Positions 50,334 through 63,849 of a DNA stretch of 64,000 bases are shown here, piece after piece. Source of the DNA: Octopus sinensis (taxonomy: Eukaryota); NCBI RefSeq assembly GCF_006345805.1, contig NC_043002.1, positions 12,400,001-12,464,000 of the forward strand. Direction: 5' to 3'. The notes under the pieces are model-generated. The model was not told where the DNA came from. It worked only from the letters and a program-made list of their open reading frames with translations, and did no database searches. Each line of letters opens with the position of its first letter. Positions within the stretch are counted from its first letter, which is position 1. Position numbers and translations under genes: made by a program.

Positions 50334-51224
50334 GTATATGCATACTCAGAAAAAGAATGAATGAATGAAAGTGTAACAGAGAGATGGGGAGAAAGAAACT
50401 GAAAATCAGTTAAGGATTCTCTTTATCATTACACTGATATACGAAAATACATGCAGTCGTTTTGGCGATATTTGATTAATAATTGACAGAATGCGTGGCA
50501 GAGCAGTCTAACAAATTCTCTGTGGTTGAATCTGTGTTAGGCGAGGAATGCACCTGTTTGGTCTTTTGTGGTGTAAAAGAAAATATCCCAACCAAGTCAT
50601 TCAGCAAACAAGGGCAGACAATCTGCGACACTTATTGAGTATTGAATCTGTTAGTTTGCATTGCATGTTAATTTCCTTTGCTCTTCTGATACAAACTGTA
50701 AGATGAGAGTGTGACAGGAGTTACAGTATGGCTCAAGGAAAGAATATTAATTTGAGAGGTGGGTCAAGCAAAGACAGAGAAAGAGAGAGAGAGGGAGATA
50801 GTGAGAGTGTGTGTGAAAGCGACAGAGAGACGAAGAAGCAACTTGCTACAAACGTTTACACAGAGGAATAAAAAGGAACTCCACCAAATATATAATTCTA
50901 TACACACATATGTGCATGAAAATGTGTAATCTAGAATCAATTATAAATTACATACATGACATTACACCGTTACATTCATGGACGCGGATTGAAGAATATT
51001 TTTTAAAAGGCAAACATGTTCTAAGAGTCGAATTTTATGAAAAACAAAACCGCCTAGCAGGTGACAATTACTTGCACTACAGTTAATGAGTTGACACACC
51101 AGTGATTCATTTTTTAAATACATTCTAGTGCCATAGATAAGTTCTTGGTCGTTATCTCCCTGGGGCAACTTCAATTACGATCGCTAAGATGGCGATCAAA
51201 ACAATTGGTTTATTTTTATTTGTG

Positions 51225-51640
51225 TGGTTAAGGAGCTTGCTTTTCAACGACGTTGTGATGTCGGGTTCAGTCCTATGTGCAGTACCTTCGGTTAGTGTCT
51301 TCTACTATAACCACGGGTTGTAACTGTGTTTGTCCCTTAACACTAACTGGCAACGGCGCTGGTTTGTTTACAGCCCTGTGAGTGAATTAGAGAAACAGAA
51401 ATTATATGGAAGGCCGCCGCATATCTATGTATGCTTGTTTCTAACTGTGCTTGCCCCCGCACACCAACTCGCAACCGAATTTGGTTTGTTTACGGCCTTG
51501 TAACTTAGTGGTTTGTCGAAAGATACCGACGGAATATTCAAAACAATAGGTTCTTGGATCGATTTGTTCGACCAAAACCGCTTCAAGGCAGTGCTCCAGT
51601 ATGGTCGCCGTCTGCTGATTGAAAGAAGTAAAAAGTAACA
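51225..51640 (+). mobile_element. SINE family A, diverged, with internal duplication
   Basis: Head TGTGGTTAAGGAGCTTGCTTTTC and tail CAAGGCAGTGCTCCAGTATGG. Confidence 0.7.
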
Positions 51641-52213
51641 GTTAAAGACTACAATATTTCTACACTATTCTATTTCAGTCTGTGCAGTTCTGTTGTTCCT
51701 GTTTTTAGTTTATGATTTTGATATTGTTGTTCCTAAATATATACTTTCATTTGAACAGTATGACATTAAAATAACAAAGTCTATTATATTTACAACGTTT
51801 AATGAAACGTAGATCGTTGAACGTACAATCAATTTAATTCTAGCTTGGTCAGTTTTACAAAAATCGGTGAATATTTTAATGTCTGTGGGTATTTGACACT
51901 AAGAACAAATGAAGTCGAAGCACCATTTCTAACCATCCACCCAAAATGTCATGAGCGAGCGCTCTGTTTCACAGTAGGCGAGTTTTTCTGAGAAATGTCT
52001 CTGAAACAAAATACTGCAGCTAGCGTCATTCTACTTTTGTATACACATTATAAAAGTTACAAACGCCATAATTTTAATATGATACTGCTTAAAACAGGCA
52101 TATTGAATTGATTCTAGCCTGGTTAACTTTCGTGCAGATCACTTAATGTGTGTTTACCGGTTTCTATGTCGGAATGAAAATGTTTTGCCTTAGCTCAGGC
52201 TGCCTTGAAGTAT

Positions 52214-52261
52214 TTATCACTGAGGAGGCGAAATCAGGTTGAAACAACATGTGTCTGATGA
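52214..52261 (+). ncRNA. Minimal type I hammerhead-like fold
   Basis: TTATCA | CTGAGGA | GGC-GAAATCAG-GTT | GAAA | CA-ACATG-TG | TC | TGATGA: intact core and GUC site; stem II relies on G.U pairs. Confidence 0.6.
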
Positions 52262-53059
52262 TCAGACAACGACATTTTGTTTTTTTAATATACGAATCCC
52301 TTAAGAAGTTTCCCTTGTATAGCTACAGTATAGCTACTGCCGTTCTATGTTTGATTAACAGTTATAAATTTTATGCACATCATTTTAATAACGCTTTTAT
52401 AGTTGCAAATGTCCTTGTTGCTATTCCATGTAGTTTATTGATTTTGTTGTTATTGCAGATATTTCTGTAATGGTAATGCAATTTGTGATTGTAATTATGC
52501 TATGAGGCTTGTTTTATGTTGCTGTTTACATTTCCTTGCATTTTAAAGATTTAATCATAAATGGAAATGTCAACAGTGATGTACCTTTTCAAGTCTTCCA
52601 AAACTAGTGGAAGATGTTGAAATCCTCAAACAAGAGACCTGAAACGAATGCTTGTGAGAGCGTGGATTCCAGTGAAAGGCATTCAAAGTCTGGGGGCTGG
52701 TAGTGTTGCTGTTGTCTTTTTCTTCTTCCAATAAGGACTCACACCATTAGCCACAAAGAATAATCTCTAATTCGAGCCTACTCTAAGCTACCAAGAATAC
52801 ATGTGACAACTTGAAGATCCACCCACCACACGCGATAGACTGGCGGTTGCACGGGCGCAAAAGCTACGTTGTTATCCTCATTCTGTAAACGATGTCTTTC
52901 AACGGGTGGAGAGCTGAACCATCCTGGGGTACAGAGGATTCGCAATCTAGACTAGGGTCTGAAAGATTACCACACCATATTGGTTTACACCATGGTTCGT
53001 CTGCTTTGTGGCAGAAGTTGGAAGAAAGAGTGTGAGAAAGTTATGGTGAAAGAGTATAA

Positions 53060-53202
53060 CGGGGTTCACTCCGGCTTCCACCGGAGCCTCGTGGAGCTTA
53101 GGTGTTTTGCTCAATAACTACTCACAATGCCGGGTCTGGGAATCGAAACCGCGTTCTTACGACCGCGATCCGCTGCCCTAACCACTGGGCCATTGCACCT
53201 CC
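53060..53202 (-). mobile_element. SINE family D head
   Basis: Reverse strand GGAGGTGCAATGGCCCAGTGGTTAGGGCAGCGG...GGTTTCGATTCCCAG. Confidence 0.85.
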
Positions 53203-53727
53203 ACTGTGTTGTTGCTGTTGTTGTTACTAGTGGTGGTGGTGGTGGCTGTGACTATGGAGGCGGCAGCGGCGGCGGCGGTGGTGGTGCTGGTATAAAACTA
53301 AACAAGGAAACAAGTGTAACGTACGGTGGAAATGTGAAGGCGTGTGTTTCAGACATAAACGTGGTTTCGATTCCCGAACAGGTGATACATTGTTTTCTTG
53401 AGCTTAATCTCACGTTGCTCCAGTTTACTCAGCTGTGTGTGAGTCCAAGCAATAACTGGAGAGTTAATCTTAAACGGATCTGTGTCCCCTCCAAGGGGAC
53501 CGACTGAAACTCTGGCCATGTGAGTCCTAAAGCTCATCACAGGTCTTATTCTAAGTTAATGTAGTTGCTACATTTGCCGTAATTGTGTTGTAGATGCTAC
53601 GTGTATGCATTTCCGTTGCAAAATTCCTGATCTGGAACCGTGTGTTGAAACAGGTTTTGTTATATTCCGTGATGTCATTTTCCTTTTTTATACTAAATGA
53701 CTGACCTGAGCGAACTGAGAGACTGAC

Positions 53728-53914
53728 CTGAGAGACCTGCATGGGGTGGATGCAGATGTCTTCAAAATAAAATTGGACCTCTTCCTGTCAGGTGTCCCAG
53801 ATGAACCAACTTCACGGCTGGAGGTGCAGATGAGGGCAGCTGCATCAAACTCTCTCATGCACTAAATGTCAATTGATAAAAAGCATATGGCAGTGCACCA
53901 GCATGGCCACAGCT
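53728..53914 (+). mobile_element. CR1-like LINE 3' end
   Basis: LRDLHGVDADVFKIKLDLFLSGVPDEP...AAASNSLMH*, then a tail matching SINE A. Confidence 0.8.
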
Positions 53915-54088
53915 AGTGAACTGATGTAGATCTGTGTGTGCGTGCACGCGTGTTTATTGGAGTTTGCAAGACATACCTGAACCACCAGTTGGCATATACA
54001 TAGATATATGTATATGTACATATATACATACATACACACACACACACACACACCACACACACACACATACATACATTTATATAAGTTC

Positions 54089-54188
<100 letters not shown>

Positions 54189-54191
54189 GAA

Positions 54192-54997
54192 CTTAGAAAG
54201 GTTTGGGCCAGTATTGGCCCAGGCTATGTCTAACTTAATAGCACCATCTGGCGAAGTGTTTCAATACAGGATTTGGGCACCAAGGCCCATTCGAGCAGAG
54301 ATATATTGTTTGCGGAGACATATCCGGGTGTGGGTGGTTTGTCTGGGACTGTTTGAAGGAATTTGTCCAAAGACTTCTTGAATTTTGTGTGGTCAGTTTC
54401 TGTTTTGACTTGTCTTGGTGTAATGTTGAAGAGAGCGGGTCCAATTCAGGTGAAATAATTGTGCCGTATTGTTGTTATGAGATGCGATTTAGATTTTTGT
54501 TGTGGATGGATAGAACGTGGTCCAAGCCTTGGATGTATTTTGAAGATGATGCCAACATCATTCGGACAGTGCTGATGGAATATTTTCCGCATCATACAGA
54601 TAATGTAGCGTTCACGGTGTCGTTGGAGTGAATACAGTTTCAGCTTTTCTAGTCTACCCCAGTAGTCGAGGTCTGACATGCCATCTATCATTTTTGTGAT
54701 TGACATTTGGGGAGCTTCAATTCTCATAATATTCTGTTTCGTGTAGGGAGACCACAGTGGACAGCAGTATTCAAGGTGGGGTCGGGCAAAAGTGGAGACA
54801 GGAAGGATAATGGTGTGGGAATCTCTCTACTGGAAGGTTCTGAGAATCCAGGAACACATTCTGCGGGCCATGTCAACTTTGCTGCTTATATGTGAAGCCC
54901 AGCTTATGTTGTTGTCCACAGTTACACCCACGTCTCTGATGTTGTTAGACGCCATGAGAATTTCACCAGAAGGAAGGGAGTATGGGAGTTTCAGATG
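54192..54997 (-). mobile_element. 5'-truncated CR1-like LINE
   Basis: IRDVGVTVDNNISWASHISSKVDMARRMCSWILRTF and LDYWGRLEKLKLYSLQRHRERYIIC; frameshifted. Confidence 0.88.
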
Positions 54998-55019
54998 TAT
55001 ATATATACATACATATATA

Positions 55020-55896
55020 CGAGGGGCGTTCAATAAGTAATGCCCCTGACCCACTTGCCATAGCAGTAGAGCAACGAAATTGGCACAGTTATTAGTCTTT
55101 TTCTACATAGGAACCATCAGAGTTACGCATTTCTCCCATCGTTTGATGCGGCTCTGGAGACCGTTTTTGTAGAAGACCCCAGCTTGGTCCTCCAACCTCA
55201 ACGTGACTACAGAAATCAAGGCTGCATCATCTGGGAAACGCTTTCCTTTCAAAAACAAGTTCATGATTGGGAAGAGGTGAAAATCAGAGGGTGCAAGGTC
55301 AGGAAAGTAGAGGGGATGGGGAGGAGTTCATAGCCATACGCCTGTGCTTCTGATCTGGCGACAAGCGAGTTGTGGACCGGAGCGTTGTCCTGCAGGAGGA
55401 GGATGCCTTTGCTGATCTTGCCCCGCCTCTTGATTTTGATAACTTCTCTTAATTTCCTCAAAAGTGAAGCATAATAGGCTCCTGCAATTGTGGTACCCTT
55501 TGCCAGGAAATCTGTCATCACTACTCCGTCCTGGTCCCAGAAGACTGTGAGCATGACCTTGCCAGCGGAGGGCTACACCCTTGCCTTCTTTGGAGGGGTG
55601 CTTCCACTGCATTGACTGGGCTTTGGTCTCTGGATCATCGTGATGGACCCAGGTTTAATCCTGTGTAATCAGTCTTTTGAAAAATGTTGACTCATCTTCA
55701 TGGCACATCTCCAAATTCACCCTCGAGCACTCTACGCGTTCTTGCTTCTGGAAAGATGTGAGCAACCTGGGAATCCATCTGGCAGACACCTTTTGCATAT
55801 GCAAATGGTCATGAATAATAGTTTCCACATGCAAAATTTCAGCTAGATCAAACAATTACAAGTGGGTCAGAGGCATTACTTATTGAATGTCCCTCG
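55020..55896 (-). mobile_element. TIR-complete, internally deleted mariner (DD34D)
   Basis: 38-bp TIRs CGAGGGGCGTTCAATAAGTAATGCCCCTGACCCACTTG (3 mismatches) with TA flanks. KVSARWIPRLL, MLTVFWDQDGVV and LLQDNAPVH motifs present; N-terminal HTH missing. Confidence 0.93.
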
Positions 55897-56004
55897 TATA
55901 TACATATATATACTTAATATATATAAGCATAGATACATACGCATATTTATATATATATATATATGCGTATATATATGTATATACATACACACATATTACA
56001 TAGA

Positions 56005-56425
56005 AGTACCTGTGTGTTAAGTAGCGTGCTTACGAACCACATGGTTCCAGGTTCAGACCCACTACGTGGCACCTATATCCTCGGACCGACCAAACACTTG
56101 TGAGTGGATTTGGTAGACGGAAACTGAACGGCGTCCATCGTATATATCTATATCTATCTATCTATATATATATATATATATACATATATATATACATGTG
56201 TGTGTGTGTGTATATATATTTGTGTGTCTGTGTTTGTCCACCCCCAACATTGCTTGACAACAGATCCCAATGTGTTTACGTCTCCGTAACGTATCGGTTC
56301 GGCAAAAGAGACCGATAAGTACTAGGCTTACAAAGAATAATACCTGGAGTCGATTTGCTCGAAAAAAGGTGGTGCTCCAGCATGGCCACAATCAAATGAT
56401 TGAAACGAGTAAAAGAGTAAAAAGA
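56005..56425 (+). mobile_element. SINE family A
   Basis: Head, internal microsatellite, tail GGTGGTGCTCCAGCATGGCCAC...GTAAAAGAGTAAAAAGAG. Confidence 0.88.
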
Positions 56426-56482
56426 GTAAAAGAGCGCACATACACACACGCGCGCAAACACCCACACATACGCACACACACA

Positions 56483-56524
<42 letters not shown>

Positions 56525-56548
56525 ACACACACATACACACACACACAC

Positions 56549-56617
<69 letters not shown>

Positions 56618-57312
56618 GTATACGTGCGTGCGTGAATGAATGTATAATATGCGTGAATTAACACTCACAATTTTCTCTTACTCTGCATGTATACATACAC
56701 ACACACACACACGCACACACACAGACACACACACATACACAAACACACACATATATATATCTATACACGCACACACATATACCCAGATGTGTATATTCCA
56801 CGGTTGATAGGTTTTATATAAGCCGTCAGTCTGTATTGAGCATGTATGTAGACTCAAGTGCACCGAACCAGCTCCACTCACCGTTTGCTTCCCATTCTGG
56901 TGTGTCTGTGTTGCGTGTCTGCATGCCTATGCCTGTGCACATCAGTGCGTGTCTGTGTGTTTTGGCCTTTGTCTGTGTGTGCGGGCGAGCCTTGTGTGTG
57001 TGTGTGTGTGTGTATGGTGTGTGTGTGTGTTGTGTGTGTGTGTGTGTGTGTGTGTTTCCGCGGGCGAGCCTGGAAGGGTTAAATAAGCGGGTATACAACA
57101 AAGCAAGTACATAAATATTAATTATGTCCCTGAGAGTGTATAAATGTATATACGTCTATAATGGAACATATATTCATGGAGCTACATGTGATAGACATTA
57201 CATACATATCTGTATAGAAACATATACTAGGAAGCAATCCGTGTAAGAACGCTTGTATGTATGTACATATATATGTATAGGTATATATATATAGGACACC
57301 TTACATGTTGTT

Positions 57313-57547
57313 CCTTTTAGCATGTAAGGTGTCTTGTCAGGGTCACCTCTTTTGTGTATCAAGGTACACTAATTACATATATATATATGTATGTATATAT
57401 ATATATATATATATGTACATATATATATATATATTTATTATATAGAAGGAGCTTCATATATATATACATACATATATATATATGTAATTAGTGTACCTTG
57501 ATACACAAAAGAGGTGACCCTGACAAGACACCTTACATGCTAAAAGG
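57313..57547. repeat. Perfect 92-bp inverted repeat with 51-bp spacer
   Basis: 57313-57404 is the exact reverse complement of 57456-57547 (checked base by base). Confidence 0.95.
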
Positions 57548-57939
57548 TGTCCTATTAGCGTCACCTCTTTTGTGTATAGATTTACACTAATTTTATGAGA
57601 AAAATATGCTGTTTATGAACTATTTTATGCATGCTAGCCATTGGTTCAAATATTTTTCTAATTTCTCTATCCTATATGTGTGTGTATGTGTGTGTATGCA
57701 TTTATGTATGTGCGTGTCAATATGTATGTATGTAATTATATAAGTGCGGGGGTTAACTGCAGCATCAAAGCACTTCAGCCTTATTTCTAGCATTTTGGGC
57801 GTTGTAACATCTTCTATCACATTTAATGACATTTATAGTTTTCCTTTTTGGTGATACTTTGCTGAACATCCTAAAGTTTCTGCCAGCTCGCCGCATTCAT
57901 ACATGAAATAATGATTTCTACATACATGCACACTAGTTA

Positions 57940-58345
57940 CCGCACAGGTGTGGTTCTATGGTAAGTAGCTTGCTTACCAATCACATGGTTCGGATTTCAA
58001 TCCCACTATGTGGCACTTGTGCAGGTGTCTTCTACAAAAGCCTTGTCAGAGGACTTGGTAGACGGAAAATGAAAGAAGCATGTCGTATATATGTATATAT
58101 GTATATATATATATATATATATGTATGTATAAGTGGTAAGGGAATTATCAGCCGTACAATCAAATAAATAAAATATATACATACAATATAAGATATGTAC
58201 ATATATAAGTATGTATTTGTGGGTCTGTGTTTGTTCCCCCAACATCGCTTACAAATAATATGTGTTGGGGACTATTTGCTCGACTGAAGGCGGTGCTCAG
58301 GCATGGCTGCAGTCAAATGACTGAAACAATGAAAAGAAAAGAAAA
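57940..58345 (+). mobile_element. SINE family A, diverged
   Basis: Head and tail recognisable. Confidence 0.8.
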
Positions 58346-58373
58346 GAATATATATATGCATATAAATATATGA

Positions 58374-58427
<54 letters not shown>

Positions 58428-58554
58428 CTATTATATATACATACATACATACAACAACTACATACATACATACATACTACATACATATACACGAAATTGT
58501 AAGAATGCATGTCTGCATGCATGTATAAATCATCGATATACGACGCCTGCATGA

Positions 58555-58770
58555 AGGCGGCGAGCTGGCAGAGGAGTTAGCACACCGGACGGAATGCGTA
58601 GCGGTATTTTGTTTGTCTTTACGTTCTGAGTTCAAATTCCGCCGGGGTCGACGTATGCCTTTCATCCCTTCTAGTTCGATAAATTAAACACCAGTTACGT
58701 AATGGGGTCGACCTAATCTACTGGCCCCCTTCCCCATAAAAAGATATTGTAACCTGTGCCTAGAGTAGAA
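58555..58770 (+). mobile_element. SINE family B, solo, old tail type
   Basis: GAAGGCGGCGAGCTGGCAG head, central domain, GGCCCCCTTCCCC...TGTGCCTAGAGTAGAA tail. Confidence 0.88.
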
Positions 58771-58972
58771 AATAATATATGCATATAAATGTAGTGTACA
58801 TATATAGATATATATATATATATATATAATATATAGATATATATATATAGTATATATATATATATGTATATAGTATATATTATATATTACATATGTATGT
58901 TATAAGGTGTGCGTATCTATATATTACATATGTATACCGCACGCATATAAATTTATCTCTATACAAATATAT

Positions 58973-59009
<37 letters not shown>

Positions 59010-59423
59010 AAACCCGCATTCTTTTCTAAATATTTCTTCTTCTTCTTCTTCTTCTTCTTCTTCTTCTTCTTCTTCTTCTTCTCCGCCTCCTTTCTCTACT
59101 ATTACTGTTGCTTAAAAAGTCGAAGACAAGAATTCATATCAAATTCGCTGCTGCTAACTATCTAGAACCCACAAGAGTAAAAACGAGAGACAGTGACAGG
59201 CAGAAAAATAAAAAGGAAAATGTCTTTTGCATTTGAAAACTACGGAAATATATATTTTAGAAAAAAACATTTCATTTAACTTCTCCACAACCACAATTTA
59301 ATTGTTTTTCATACTTCACTCTAAGTTGAATAACTCACAATGACTGAAACCGGTACTAAAGTGTTCTTCATGATAAAACTAATTTATCATTTTCTACCAT
59401 TCTTATATATATATATATATATA

Positions 59424-59460
<37 letters not shown>

Positions 59461-59473
59461 CGTTGTGTGGTAC

Positions 59474-59512
<39 letters not shown>

Positions 59513-59669
59513 TATATGTATATCTATATATATATATAAATATGTATATATATGATTGTATATATATATTACATATGTATATATAAATGTATATAATATA
59601 TATACATATATATATACTCATACACACTTACACACACACACAGACACACCACAACCAGACACACACACA

Positions 59670-59700
<31 letters not shown>

Positions 59701-60462
59701 ATATATATATATTATATATGTATATATGTATGTATGTATGTATGTATATATACATTTAGGGTCTTTGTTTGTACCCCTACCATCGCTTCACAATCCATGT
59801 ATGTTTACAACCCCGTGACTTAGCAGATCGGCCTAATAGGCCGATAGAATAACTAATAGGCTTACAAAGAATAAGTCAAATGACTGAAACATGTGAAAGA
59901 ATAAAAGAATATATATATATTATATATTTATGTATGTATAAACAATAAACAAACTTGTCTGCATATACTAAATCACGTCTGAAGTTGAGTATAGATATTT
60001 TAGGTGAAGATTTATGCAGTTGCGCAATTTTTTATAAACGTGTCTACATCTAGATGTCGGTGAGTGTGTATAAGCATATATATATGTCTGTCACTCTGAG
60101 GCGTATTTACCTCTGTCTTCACTGTCCCCCAACACACACGGAAACATAGTCGTGTGCGCACACACCATACACACATATATAATATATACATGTATGTATA
60201 TCTCTATATACATACATACATACATATATATATAAATATACATACAAAAATTCTAGAATTATAAGCATAATTATAGTTAGGGTTCATCAAAATTGCTTCA
60301 TGCATACCGAAATTTAGAAATAGCAGTTAAAAACTATTCCACTACCATAAGATAGCTCCCAGATATCTGAATAATTAATTTTACCCTTTATTATTATTAT
60401 TATTATTATTATTATCATATAATCATTATTTTATATATGTTCGTGTGCATGTATGCAGTATT

Positions 60463-60505
<43 letters not shown>

Positions 60506-61764
60506 ATATAATGCTAGATATATCCATATATATGTATATGCAACCATGTATATACGTATATATATAGGTATATACATATATATATATATATATCAATATA
60601 TATATATATTATATATATATATATATATATCTAATATATATATATATATATATTATTTACACATACATAGTACATACACATGTATATATACATTCACAGA
60701 CATATATATATGTGTGTATGTATGTAGGTTGATATGTATGTATGTATGAATGAAATGGTCGATAGATAACAATATATAGCAAGAAAAATCTTTCATGCAT
60801 AGAAAGTTCTATCCTAACTATCAATATTTTATCAAAAAGAAAAAAAAATTAAACCCGCCCCAACAAACACTGACAGACAGACACACGCCACACCCACACT
60901 CCTGTACAGACTCCCGCTTTCTCTCTCACACATCACCAGACTTTCGGTTACTTTGTGGTTCCGAAAAAGATCTCCCCAGTATTTCCCCAGCATCAAGCGC
61001 AAAACCTTTCAAAAAACTAACGATCCCATTTCATATTCATAAACTGTATGCATATGTGTATATAAATATGTATGTGTGTGTGTTTGTGTGCGTGTGTGTG
61101 TATGTGTGTGTCAGTGAGTGTGTGTGTGTGTGTGTGAGTGTATATATGTGATGTTATTGCAGCAGTATTCTGCCGTGCCCATGTATGCATTGTAGCTGTG
61201 TGTGCTAATATGAGCTATATATATATATATATATATATAGATATATATAGATATAGTTATGTATATATATATTTATCTTTTTTTTTAGATATATATGTAG
61301 TAGAAATATAATAAATATTTTTTGGGCTACTATTTCTACTAATAATACTGATATAGTAGAATTTATTTTACTAAGCCCTAATTATATAAATATATATATA
61401 TATATAGATATATATATTATGTATGTGGGTTCTATCTATACATATATATATATATATATAATCTATCTATGTACCTAGATACTATATATATATATAACAG
61501 ATATATAAATCTATCATATATATGTATTTATATCTATACACACACACACCAACCTAATATATATATATATATATCCATTTATCCATCGATCTACCTTCTA
61601 TCTATCTATCTATCTATCTTTCTATCTATCCATCCATCTACCTACCTACCCACCTACCTATCTACCTAACTAGCTATAAATCTGTCTATCAATCTATTTA
61701 CCTATCTATATACCTACATACCTACATATCTATCTATACCTCCATTTATCCATCGAACACCTTC

Positions 61765-61798
<34 letters not shown>

Positions 61799-62395
61799 CC
61801 TATCTACCCTCCTACTTACCTACTTTTCTACATACCTGCTACCCTCAATGACCTTCTCAGTACTCGTTTTGTATCGTTAGTAAATCCGTTGATATGCATG
61901 AGTGTTGCATAAATGTGTGTGTGCATGTGTGTGCACGTGAGCACGCGCTATGGTACGATATCTAACTATTTTTACAGTGCAAATATATGTTAAATGAGGA
62001 AACAAAATGTTGTATCCTTAAATTCATAATATATAATAAGCTATTTATCCCTGCGTAATAATATAAAACTTGCCTTCAAACAAACATGTTGGGGTGTGTC
62101 TGCATTTATATATGTTGCTTATTTTGATTATATGTGTGTCTGTGTGTGTGTGTGCGTGTAGATGTGTATGTATAATAGCCATGTGAGTATATATGTGTGT
62201 TTGTGTATTTGTGTCTGTATTTGACAACCGATGTTGGAGTGTTTATGTTCCTGTAACTAAGCTGTTCTGCAAAAGGTCCTGATAGAATAAGGAGCAGGCT
62301 TGAGAAAGAATAACTCCTGGGGTCGATTTCAGAAGGTGGTGCTGCAGCATGGCCGCTATATGTATACGCATACTCACACAGACACACAGACACAG

Positions 62396-62441
<46 letters not shown>

Positions 62442-62520
62442 TAACATACGTATAAAATATATATATCATTATATGTATATACATATATATATTACTCAAA
62501 TATATATATATATAATATAC

Positions 62521-62583
<63 letters not shown>

Positions 62584-63849
62584 ACTCAAAGAAATTTAAA
62601 TTTTGTTTTGATTTTCACGTTTTATTTACAATTTTATAATAATATTATATAGGATAATATAATATAATGAAATGACAGAATATCAAATGTCCATTCTGAT
62701 TGAACTAGTATTTTCATGCATTGAACTAGGCAATCTTCAGGTTCATGTAGTAGTGGTGACAGCTATGTTTTACCATCTACAACTGTACCAAGATGAGTTA
62801 AACTGTGTGCCTTATGGCTCCAGAATGTTACTTTTTGCAAATTGTTTTCTGACCAATCAGTATGTGACTTTACTTAATTACTTACGTTGATTGGTGTTTG
62901 GATTAGGCGTTAAATATGTGAAGAGACATGTATTTTGATCCTGGCCATACATTCCTTATACCATTCATATTACAGTATTATATCGACCCTAATTGCACTC
63001 GTCCAGAACTACTTACCTCCCTTATACAAACTTTTTACCCAGGGACTAATAGACCCGACACCGTTTGATAATCGGGGCGCATTCAAAGCCAGTGAACAGC
63101 AATGACGATACCGGTTTGACTTTGAATCTCTTTAACAATTCAAAATAATGAATTTAATTCCTCTTAATTCTACTTCAGTTCATCTAATTGTATTTATTTA
63201 GCGCTACTTTTCATAAAAAAAGCCTTTAACTGTTTTGATATTCAATGTGCATTTTCGCTCTTTTCTTTCTGACTTTCCCCATATCTTTTCCACGTGTAGT
63301 TTCTATTTTCTTTTTGAAACATATTTCTATTATATATGTTTATATATATATGTATGCATGTATGTATGTATGTATGTATGTATGTATGTATGTATGTAGA
63401 GAGAGAGGGGGGAGTGATACATTTGTGTATTTGTGTGTGTGTGGGAGATGAGAGAGAAAGAGAGAAACCAGTATATGCTTGGTACTCTTTTATATCACAT
63501 TTTACGTATGTTTCAGCACTCTTTCAAACTCCTCAGCAGAACAGCATGCATAATCCTTCAGGACCCTTTTTCGCACAGACGAGAAATACATAAGTGCGCG
63601 GTGTATTTATGAGGGACATCTAACGATTGCATTTATAGTGTGACTTCATGTATTGTCGACTACAAGAATTTATATAACTGGTAAAATCAAGCGGTGTTAG
63701 TACACAACCGGGGTCCAACTATCCCTTGGGGTTCGTATAAAATTTGGGGTGAGGTGGGGCCACAGTAGTATTTTATGGGTTCATAGAAAATGTTTACCTT
63801 GGGTGTATTTATTAAAAGAAACAGTTTGGTTTCGTTCTATTTCAACCTA

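Noticed and set aside
63495-63540. Minus-strand CTGAGGA...GAAA...GTA hammerhead-like string
   Set aside because: Stem I cannot pair. The same bases also form a plus-strand acceptor (gtttcag at ~63515) with no convincing donor, so neither reading is supported.
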